A DNA stretch of 64,000 bases from Phoronis australis (Eukaryota; Animalia; Phoronida): positions 47,235 through 111,234 of the forward strand of contig NMRA01000830.1 of NCBI GenBank assembly GCA_002633005.1, read 5' to 3'. A program made the translations under genes and the position numbers. Below the pieces are notes generated by a model. The model made no database searches, was not told the origin of the DNA, and worked only from the letters and a program-made list of their open reading frames with translations. Position 1 is the stretch's first letter; each line of letters begins with the position of its first letter. Shown here one piece after another: positions 1 through 12,100 of this stretch.

Positions 1-101
1 AATTGTCGTTTCACATAACAGGAGCGAACCACCATAGAGACAACTTCCACTTTGAAGACACCGATTATTTCTTGCTTCATGGGCCAGTATTGAACACAAG
101 T
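1..101 (-). CDS. Exon: PTP domain (CxQYWP motif), runs off the window
   Basis: gtctctacag|ACT...; TCVQYWPMKQEIIGVFKVEVVSMVVRSCYVKRQ. Confidence 0.9.
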
Positions 102-3100
102 CTGTAGAGACAATAGTATAAATCATATCAAGAATGGTACTTAATGTCATGATGGTGAACTTTGTGCACGAGAGGGATCTAGTAAAGTCTCATTTATTAT
201 TATATGATTTGGACAGACATTTTCAACTTTCCACCAGTCAACACTAATTTCTGAAGTACTACAGAATACACATCAAGCACACCACATGGTAATCTTTTAC
301 ATGGCAATTTTCATGTCATCCATCTACGGGTATCACATCTCTTTACATCATGCTTAGGGGTAAGTCAGATATTGGCTTTTCTAATATTCCACATGTATCT
401 AGCAAAATAACTTAACTACATCCTCTATAAGGTTCAGATACAGAGTGTACAATATCTACTGAGAAAGACAGAGTTTGCAGAACCATCTTCAATTGCATGG
501 TGATTTCTTTAGTCCATAAAGGGTTAAAAAGTTAGAGCTGTCACTCAAATAGAATCACCCATCAGGGATTACATGTACATGACTAAAAGTGTATTATAGT
601 ATTTCCCCTAATAAGTGCCCAGGAGGAGGCGCTTATTAGAGCCTTAGGCGGTTGAAACCCGGTCTCCGAAACGCGTGAAAACGTAAACTAGGGCTCATCA
701 AGTTCACCTCTGAGACATTTCTGTAACCTATGACACAATTTCTACAAAATCGTGCTGCATTGCTATTAAACTTTGTTGTTAAATTACGATAATTGCTCAG
801 AAAATTGTGATGAAATCCCAGGGCAAAAACTTGCCGACTTATGCGTCGCTGCCTCGCAATCGCCGATAGGACAACTTGAGTTCATGAATAAAACTACAGT
901 TTCGACTCAACAAATTACCTGAAGTCCTCCTTAAGTTTTCAAAATAGGGTCCCTAAGATTTTTAATTTCCTGTGGAGTCGGGATTAACTGAGGATTAAGT
1001 CCAAATCTGCGCTAGACCGTACCCCGCAACACGAGAAACACAAGTTGTTGTCACCTGATGTTTGTTTTGAAGTTCGCCCGTGTGTGTGTGAGTGAGTGAG
1101 CGCGTGCGTGTCATCAAAGATCATTTACCAGAGAGTAAACGCAATATAAACGATATAGGTGTGCATTGTAACTAAGTAAATAAATTAAAACGAACATTAT
1201 TAAATCAAAACCTGTTTTGTTAAGAACTTGTTGACCCCATCTGCAAAAAAAGTTCGAGAATATTCTCAGTAAGACCTATAGTAATGTCATCCGATGTGTG
1301 ACGGTCTAACAGTTATTTTCCGGGAGATTCAAGGGGTGTAAAGGTGTGGAAGTGTTCCCTATATGTGTGTTATTATGACTTTAAATTACGATTAATTAAA
1401 TAATTCCTCCTAAAAATATCGCAAATGTTTTTACGGTATTAGAAACTTTTGGAAATTAGTACCAATATATTTATTTCTTGCCGATGCTCTGTTACCCGTT
1501 CCGTGAATACATAGTTCCTGAAGAATAATGTTTTCGATGGCATGTATGAAGCCAGTGCTTCCTGGAGACGTGGTTTTTTAAAACACAGATTGCAATTTTT
1601 ACGTGAACAAAGAAATTTGGATTCCTCTTGAGGAAGATCTGTACGGGAAAGATACTTTACAATCCCTTTGACAAGTATGCTGCATTTGTTCTGAAAGGCC
1701 AGGCCATAATGAGACACATTCCTCACAAGATCAGCAAAACGTATTTTCGAAGCACGGCGGAACTTTAAATTGTATAGTGACGGCTAAATACCGACACAGT
1801 GGCGAGGCTCGTGGTGTTCAAAATTCCATGTATAATGAGATTTTTAGGACTGTCTGGTCTTATTACTTGGCCGAATTCTTCGAATTCCGACAAGTATGTT
1901 GGTCTGCCGCTGTTCGCACTATACAGGTCGCAGTTTTCGTCCGATCCGCACGAAATTCGCACACGACCTGTAGATATGAAAGTCCTGGAAGCCTATTGTT
2001 TTGTTCATGATTGGATTTAAAATGGCGGACGTGGCGGCCATTTTGTTTCCGGTTTCAGATTCAAATGCTCATAGAGGCCGCATTTTTCAACATACTGGGT
2101 TGAAACTTGGTACAGTTATTATAAAACACAAGTACTACAACTGCGCAGTATATCGTTAACTACCGATCAAAGATGGCGGAAATATTGGCCATGGCGCATG
2201 CGCACCTCGATATCTGGCTGAAAACATTTTCTCCTGCAAGGGCGCATTTTTGAACCAATCATTTTCAATGTTGTCACCTGTTTGTTTCGTTTGATTGGCT
2301 ATTATAAAAAATAATTTAACCGGAAATCAGTTTCAAGATGGCGGCTCTTGCGCATTTTCACCCATTTTCGATCGTTCTGCGGTCGCATTTTTAACGGGAA
2401 GAGCAAATGACGTGTATTCTTGCATGTGGATTCCTTCAAGTATGCCCTTTCAAAAGTTCTGCGCTAACGTTTCTCTAGGACTTACCGTTTTCAAGTTATT
2501 TGATTTTGAATTTCAAAAAAAGCAGTTTCAATTTTTTCGAAAAATTTACGGAACTGTGCGTTACTGTCAAGTTAGATAGAGTTTTGAACGGGATTTCAGA
2601 TGATGTTTTCCAGTTTTTGCTACGACGTCTGTTTTTTGAATTATTTGAGATTTTCTGATAGTGCTGTTCCTTTGTTGAGCGCTCTTGCAGCATTGATGTT
2701 GGTTTAGCTTCTATTGAACAAGACTGCAACCTATTTCTTAGTAATTTCTTCGCTAGTCACATGAATGTTATAGTGTTGCTCATAATCACCGCCTTCATCT
2801 TCATGATCGTCGTCCTCCCCATCGTGCTGTTTTCGCTTAATTTCGCCAAGTGTCGCTCCTCCGAGCGCTCGCGTTGATGAATTGAAGACGTTACTGTATT
2901 TTAGAACTGTAGGTCTTTTTGTTCGTATTGTATTGTTCATCGGAGCACAACAATAAACAGTCTCCGGTTCTTGACACAATGGTGGTCAGTTACATTTAAG
3001 CATAGATTATAGACAACAGATTCGCAACTCCGGCATATCCTTACGTGCTGAGTTGAACTCTCCTGACCTATCTGCTGTAGTTTCCGGTCAGTGTAATTTG

Positions 3101-6100
3101 ACGAGAAATACTTGCATCTACTTTACTGTCCAAAACAACGAAAAAAATATTAATCTATATTAATTTCGGCATTGAAACGCTTTTCAAAGTCTTTCAATAG
3201 TAGAAGTGTTGGTATTGTGAGTACTTTGGGCAATGCTACTGGTAATAATTACAAAATTCAAACTTCGGTGCCGACTGATAATGTCATCTGCTTGGCCAAT
3301 AGCATAGCAGCATAGTTATTGGACAGTTTGTGATTTATAGTTCACATAGGCCTAATGAGAAAACTACAAAAGCATGTTTGTGCACAAATTCCAAGGAGTA
3401 CCTGTGAATGCAAAAGATACTTATACAACGTTTTTGGTTTAGAAAAATGCGCTTCTTCAATGATTTGACCATTTTAACCTTTGCATGTTTATAATTCAAC
3501 ATTCTCAAGTGAGCAGTTCTTCTGGGAAGTGTTGAGTGGCCCTTAAAAGGGCCGTTGGTTGTAGCTATAGCGTGAAATGGTTCTAAAAGAACCGTTGAAT
3601 AATTCAACATAAATCACACAGTATACCATGCTCACTCAAGTACTGAAGGTCCTCTTCATTCAAGTTTTCATCTGGGAAGGTTGGATGAAAACAGAGGAGA
3701 TGACAATATCGATGACAGTTGTAACACCTTATATAAATGTTACCGTTCAACGTTATCACGAACCCTGCCTTTTTCAGGTCTTGTTCCTGGATTCAGTAGC
3801 CCAGAACCTTAGGGAAAAAAGACATACTACGAAAACGAATCGAATTTTGAAAATCAGCGCCTTCGTGTGATTACGTGTTGCTGTCGCCAGACTGTTGTTC
3901 CTCCCCAACATCAATGTCGAAAATCGAAGTTACAAGTGATGCAAACTTGTGTCTTTTGTTTCTAACTTTTAACCCATTTTTTAAGAAAGGGGTGTACTGA
4001 TTTTGTCTAACGTTGATAGAGCATAACTTTTGGTTTTTACAATGCATTAATTGTGTTGAATGCATTCATACTAGGTGGCTTCATTGAGTTGAACAGAAAA
4101 TAAACTAAATGTAACATAATAAAGTTTTGAAAATAAATAGAACAGTAAAACAGGACTCCCTAAAAATCGAGCTGTTTTCGAAAATTTTGCGCCATTGGTG
4201 ATTTGATTGGTTCATGCATTTACGGCGGGAAAATAATAGACCAAGTATCGTGCACGTGTGCACTGTAACAACAATTTGTATCTTATTCTTATTTGGCCAA
4301 TCTGTTGATACAGTTAATTTCCTTATTTATGCCCATCCTGATTTGACTGCAACTTGAGCTTGTTGGGTTCTATCATATATTGGGTTGGCATTGGGACCCA
4401 CATGAAGCTTACTCGAATGGGCTTCATTTTATCAAGTATCTCAAATTGAGGTGAAGCAAATAAACAAAGTGGGTGATTATCATCACCAGAATTTCATCAT
4501 TAGTATCTTTTGCCGGGTGCTCAAATTTTCTGAGACTAGGGATTGTCAGATTTGTAAGGCAGAAGTGTTTAGCTGGATTTCCAGGTCTGTGGCGTTATTT
4601 ATACCGGACCAAAATTAAAAAAAACAGACCTTTGTTTAAATCAGGAGCTGCATGATACACATTTATTAGACGTGCACAGGCATTGCACTGATCACTTGGA
4701 ACCATTTCTATGGTTTATTAATATATAGTTAAACCAAGCTGAGGAGCTTGAAACCTGATTCACGGCAATTTTTGGCTGTGGTATTTTCTGAAAAATGCTC
4801 GTAAGTTGACAACAAAGTTTGATAGCAATGCACTGCATTTTTGTAGAAACTCTGTTCATAGGTTACAGATGCGTCACAGAGCGTAACTTTGATGAATTCT
4901 AGCTTACGATTTCACATTGTTTCGGAGACCGGGTTTCAACCACTTTTAGGCTATAAGCGCCCTCTTCCTGAAGCGGATTTTTCTAAGCACCCTGGCCGCG
5001 TTCTATTTATTTGTACACGAATGTGAATTTGTTGAAATCGCTGATCCAAATCCTGGCCAAATGTGCGCATTCTGCGGAGACCAACCGTCTGATCAGGGCC
5101 AGCGAAGAGTAATTTGATTAATTCGCTCACTAGGCTATGGCTGAACTTCCTCGTAAGGACAAGAGTTTACGAGTCACTACCTTTGGAAGAAATTTAGAGG
5201 ATAATTTTCGTCAAAACGTTTACAAAATAGTTTTCATCAAAACGGAGAAAAAAATGGATTTGTGAAGACAGGATTAAGTAGTAGAGTCTCTTAAAAACAT
5301 TCATCTTCGTTCCCACAGCCGATTATGGGGTCTTCGGATGGTATGGAAGCTAATTCCTTTGAATTTCCCCGTGTGTGGCCGAGCAACCGGCCACACAGTA
5401 GCTGACCATGATTAGCAGACGACGTACATGTACTTGCCGGAAATTGCACCAGATAATTTAGCCAGGTGTCGCCAGTGAATAATGAGGTAAGGGCTTGTGC
5501 GTAAGGTCACACATTTCTTCCATTGAAAGTATACGGAGTTGGCGGTCCATGTACTACAGTCTATGATTTAAGTAAGCGGTTGAACATATCAGACAACATC
5601 GTCGAGACTACTGCACTGACACACGAACAATTTACAGTAGGTAAGCATTCTTCACAACACATTCATGGGCTGGGCGCTTATTTTAGCGAAGTCTAAAAAC
5701 GCGTAGGGGGGCGCTTATAAGGGTGAGAATAATTCATTTTGAAACAGAACGCTCAGTAATAAACGCCAACATGGCATCTCGCAATCTCCGGGGCGACTTG
5801 GACGAGCTAAAGGTCATCAGTCTCGACTTCGCAGGTGTATCGTTAAGTTTTACAGGCTATCAATTCGAACAGGAATACAGTGATGAAGAAATACTAGAGA
5901 GGCGCCGTGAACAAGCCCAGACACTGAACAGAACGTATGGAGTTATTTGGTAAGCTGGCATTTGTCAGGCACTGTCGAAGTCTGCAGGCCACAGACTACG
6001 GAGATGTTTCACGGCCTCATAATTTCTATTTACAGTGCACATTTCATTCTTCACTACCATGAGCCACTTCCTAAGCATTTCGGAATCTCGAGGAAGTATA

Positions 6101-9100
6101 ACGATATACCCGCTTTCCTCGCAGCTGCTTAGTTCGGACAAGCGGGAACGATGCACTGCAACATAGCGGCATTCACTCTGCATATGAACCACTGACGTCG
6201 CTAGCGTCGTTTCTCACCTTCCTCACAGGTTAACGCGAAACCTCTTGGCAAGGTAAGGCCGACCATATGCGAGGCGATGTGGATATAGATTGATTAAGAC
6301 AGCAAAAAAGACTAATTAAATCAGCTGGCATACTCCTTTAAGTCACTAACTAGAACATAAGTCACATCACGATTAAGCAAATGAACTGACTAGATCTCTA
6401 ATCACTGACTTGAGGTTTAGTCTTGACACAATTGTTGCCATGAAGTCTATATGACATCAAAACACTGACTGCTACCAAATAAGATTTTTTGCCACTGTTT
6501 GCAGCTACCGAACCATTTTGTAAAATTGGATATTAAAATCTAAATCTTGTTGGGTTTCATAACTCATTTCAAAGTATGTATTGTTGTTTTGTTAAGATCA
6601 GTAATTTATGATCAAGACATTGCTTCTAAATTTGCTATTGAACTCTCCACATGCCTCGCAGAATAACCAAAAATTAGAATGATATATTCAATGGAGTTTA
6701 AAAATCATTCAACATAACCATTGTGAAGAGAGTACCATATTTGAATTGCATTTACATCTTTTTGATTTGTACAGTTATATACATTAAAAATTAACAAGTA
6801 GTCTATAGATTCCTCAATTAATCTTTTTTATCAATGAACAGCCAAGTTTTCAAGATAATATAACAGCAAATTGAATGCATGAAGCATGCGTTGCTGGATA
6901 TCATCATGTGAAGAATAGTATTCCACATGAACCCTAAAAATACTTTGGTTCCTACCATAACAGGTCTCCTAACCTTAAGCTTAACATTGTTTGATATCAT
7001 TTTGGGTCTTAGCTACATTGTATATCGTCCAAACAGCAAGCAACACCCAGATTAGCAACCCATTCCATTTATCAAGCTATATAACTGTTGTGTATACAAC
7101 ATACAATGAATGACCACATAATTATGCTTTTGGTGTATTTTGAGAGGCACATTTAAGTTCAAGACTCATAACAAGTTATGCAGCTTGTATTCCAATACCA
7201 AACCCACACTCCTGCACGAAAGAGTGGCAGGAACTTTTACAGCAGTCTTAACTCTCTGGACTAATGTTTTTGCTCATACTCAGTCAAGTCAAGGTGATTT
7301 TGCACTTGTGGCTGGAACTGACCTGATACAGTCCACAACACAAGATGCAGTGTTGCCCACTGTTTCTGAGAATCTGCATGCTGAACATCTTGGCTCATAG
7401 AACCCAGCGTTGTTTATCCCAGCTGCCAAATTTTACAACGCTGGGTACTATGAAATCAGTCAACCACTGAACAGCTTCAATAACTAGGTCATCTAATTTA
7501 GACACCTTCAAACAAAGATATTTTTTGTCACATTCATATGAACGAAAACATTTTAGTTATACTCTAACACATCCTAGTCATAGTGTAGTCATGACTAATT
7601 ATTTAGTCATATATTAGTCACATTATAGTTACATTATCACATATTCCAACACATCATAGTCACGTTCTAATCATGACTAATTATTTAGTCAAATATTAGT
7701 CACATTTTAGTCATGACTAAATCTTTGGTTATGACTAACATGGGGTAATGGTATTACTTTGCTAATGCGATAATTGCCCTGTAGAACACAATAGGGGTTT
7801 AGATCAACAATAAGGATATCAAGGACCAAGAGCAACAATGGTTGATGTAGAGAAGAATTGTCTAACTACAAGATACCACTGAACGACCTGGTTTCCTAAA
7901 ATGCTGTTTGAATGATAATATCAGATACAGCTTACACAAATCAACACTCATGCACTGAAAACCACAAGTAAAGTGTTCAACATTTCAAAAGTCTTACACT
8001 ATCATGTCTGTCCAGTTCATTCAGCATGACAATGACATCAACGTCATGATCATAGACCATTCTCCAAAAGTCAATATCGTCATCTGGATATGGCATCTGC
8101 GTCATTATGATGTTGTCCTGGAAACCAGACAAAACAAACATTTGACACAAAGTGACTAAATTGTCTTCCACCACTGCAGCTTGCATGAACATTGCAAAAC
8201 TATAGCTTGTAAGTGGAACGATTTTGAATGGAAGAAAAGCTGTTGTTGAACCCAATTTTCAAACAACTCTACGATAAAACCATTTAATTCATACGCATTG
8301 TAGGATTCATTCAGTGCACACGCTATTTTTCTGCTCATCTATCCAGCAACATAAAACATGATAAGAGTTAAGATATTGTGCCAAACATTTTTAAGAAAAA
8401 TTTTAGTTTCTTTCTGTGACCTTGAAAATGATGTCAAGGTCACTAAATCAATTGTTGCCTGGAGATGCCCCACTTTCGCCTTGGTGCAGAGTGTGACCAC
8501 TAAAGGTTCCAGTCAACAACATTTTCTAAACAAAAATGTAAATTTCTCACTATCATAATGAAAATGACCTTAAAATGTCAGGGTTACATACCAAAATGGA
8601 CTAGCACTTATACAGAGCACCCATAATTCCTGATATCAAATGCAAACAAATTCGTTACAATATTCTGTTGTATATAGATGGATGGTTGTGAACACTATGT
8701 TCATTTGGCGCACATAATAAGAAGTCACATTTTGAGCTTGGAGGGAGAAACTAATCCCACATACAATAGAACTTCTGAAATTGGCATGCAAGATCAGTGA
8801 AAATAGTTCTTTGTGAATCCTATTCTCAGTCAAACAATGGCAACTGTCCCAGTTGCCCTCCCCTTCAAGTCAGGTTGTCAATATGACAGAACAAGTGATG
8901 AGAGTGAGCAATATGTTGCTCTTTTGAATGCGGGTAATAACAATAATAATTTGAAGTGTCAGAGGAAACAGACGACTGAAAAGTTTTCATTTCTAGTCCT
9001 GGGAAGTTCTTTGTTCAATTTCATTGAATTACTACTGTCATGAAATCATACAACTTATAGAGACAAACTTTTGGAAATGTTAAGTTGACGAGGTGTTGGT

Positions 9101-12100
9101 TGTTGGCACTAACTTTTGTGAGTCAAGTGAGTAATCTTCTATCACTTGTAAAAAATTATTCTCTTGACTGATATTCTCTAAGGTTACACTATTCCAAACC
9201 CCAAGAAAATATGTTTGGTTATATTGAGTATTAAGCTTTTTCAGAAATACCACAGAATGAACACGGAAATACAAAATATGGTAAAGAGGTGTCAAAGATG
9301 GGTACATTGTTGCACCTGAGTTTGATGATTGCAAACAAGATGACTGAGTAAAGAGGGAGCATGGAATACGAAATTGAAAAATCCAAGAATTTACTCATGA
9401 GGTCTTACAAAGGACTTGATCAAGAAATTTAGACTTTTTAAGGACTTTGACGATGGTAGTTCAAGACATATGCAAAACCATTTTAACACAGCTTTGCGCG
9501 TATTGATCTCAATCCCCTTTTGTTACTGAGAAATCTTTAAAAAATAAGGAATCAAATTAGATAATGTGATGTTTAGCATTTATCAATGCATTAATGACAA
9601 CTTTTGAATTTAAACACTATTTAATATTTTTTATTACGGCAACCACCATGATCGAAAACATAACAACCACAAGACAACAAGCTTATCAAAAATCTTGAAA
9701 CCGAAAATTATCTACGGCGACACTCGAATGTGAATACCCGCTGGATCAAAAAAGACAGCCGAGTTCATTTTAAAGCACGTTTTTGCAGCAACACAGTGTA
9801 CACCTACTGATAATTAAGGTCTTTCAAATATTTTCAAGACTGAAATCTGGAATCAGAATCAAATTCAAGGACTACTCGGAGTTTTAAATTGAATGGCTGC
9901 TCACTTGTGTAAGCCAAGGTGACAAAAGTAGGGGTCCTCACCCTTATGCCTGTTGTGACAAATGTCACACACTACCATACAGTCACGTGGGTGACAACAT
10001 GCGCTCAGGGCAGAGCAGTACACACAAAAAGTAAAGTAAGACCCATGTATCCCCATCAAAAAGACTGAGAACACTTTGTTGCCATGACAGGCAAGTGCAA
10101 GGAGAAACAACCGTTTCAAGCAGCCATCTGTCATGACTGGAAATTTTAAAGTTCAAAAGATACTTACTCCGACAAATGTTGCATTGATATAGTCCCCTCT
10201 GTCATGACTGGAAATTTTAAAGTTCAAAAGATACTTACTCCGACAAATGTTGCATTGATATAGTCCCATCTGTCATGACTGGAAATTTTAAAGTTCAAAA
10301 GATACTTACTCCGACAAATGTTGCATTGATATAGTCCCCTCTGTCATGACTGGAAATTTTAAAGTTCAAAAGATACTTACTCCGACAAATGTTGCATTGA
10401 TATAGTCCCCTCTGCCCTTAACTGGTGTCTTCAGAATTGGCCGGTGAGAGTTAGCTGAAACACAACACATACTGCATTTATTAGAAACAAACTGTGTCGC
10501 TTTGCATATGATGTCAGACATATCAACCAACAAGATCATTGCAAATTTATAAGGTGAATTAAAACCATTTGTCATGTAGTCACTGATTTTCAAAAGAGCG
10601 TCAAAATGATTTTTCTTTATAAATGCATTACGGTTCTTAAAATTTACACATGAAGTTTTTGCAAGAAACATGAAAAAGCAAATGAATCACAGGCAAGAAA
10701 ATATTTGAATGAACCACAGGCAAGCAAATTACTTGGACTTTGGTAGCATGCATATTCAAAATTGAAAATTTTGAACAGTTGGGAGCATTACTCTGGATTG
10801 GATGAGCATGGTAAACAAAACAAGTATGAGAATTGTAACTTTCAACCACAGCATGAATACAGGAAAGGTCAACCCTGTGTTGACAGTTGTTGACTTTCTG
10901 CACTTGAGAAGACTTACTTGGATAAATAGCTTTGTCTCTATTTTTGCCAATATTATAGTCCATGAGGCCGGCTATCAAGGCTGAGTAAGTATTATCACTG
11001 TGATCACCTTCACACAACTCCTGTGTGCACAATTTTTGAAGTAACTGCAATTACACAAAAACGATATTTTCATCTTTGACATGCTTGTAGATATTCTTAA
11101 TATTAGAGCAACTTTTTGAGACTCGAACCATTGCCAAATTTTGGCAAGAATCTTCATCAAATTTGGTAAATAGTGAAAGCCAACGTAAACAAAATAAAAC
11201 AGTCAGTAGTGGGCATCAACGAAGTTGGATTTAAAGACAGCTTGTGCTCATTATCATGCGACTCTGATGTGTTGTGAATCATCAAAAGACTTTTGACACT
11301 TACGCTGAACAAACCATGCTAAAACAAAGAATTTGTTGAGAATCCAAAATGTTTATGGATAGTGCTATACCAGACTACATTGAGCATAATTATAACAACT
11401 AATGGGCCACTATATTTGTGACCACCTTCCATTATTATGGAAACTATATACTAATAAACAGAACATTCTCAGCTCTATGTGTATAGGACCATTAGACATG
11501 CTTCTTTCCTCTAATGTCTTTGTCTCTTATTACTTACCTGCTTTGATCTACTGACATTGCAGATAAGTTGATGGATTATGCAGCCTGCATTGATCAGATA
11601 AGAGATAAAGACATTTGTTGTGTCTAGGTGGCATAAAGGATAATGTTACATGCAATGATCTTGTAATAAGTGGTCTTTAATTATAAGGACTACAGACACA
11701 ACACATTTTGCGATTGGAGGGGGGAACTAGATCCCATGGTGGCTTAAAATTTGCAGGTGAGTCCACCCATAGCACGAGTGCACCCATAGCACGAGTGCAC
11801 CCATAGCACGAGTGCACCCATAGCACGAGTGCACCCATAGCACGAGTGCACCCATAGCACGAGTCCACCCATAGCACGAGTCCACCCATAGCACGAGTCC
11901 ACCCATAGCACGAGTNNNNNNNNNNNNNNNNNNNNNNNNNNNNNNNNNNNNNNNNNNNNNNNNNNNNNNNNNNNNNNNNNNNNNNNNNNNNNNNNNNNNN
12001 NNNNNNNNNNNNNNNNNNNNNNNNNNNNNNNNNNNNNNNNNNNNNNNNNNNNNNNNNNNNNNNNNNNNNNNNNNNNNNNNNNNNNNNNNNNNNNNNNNNN

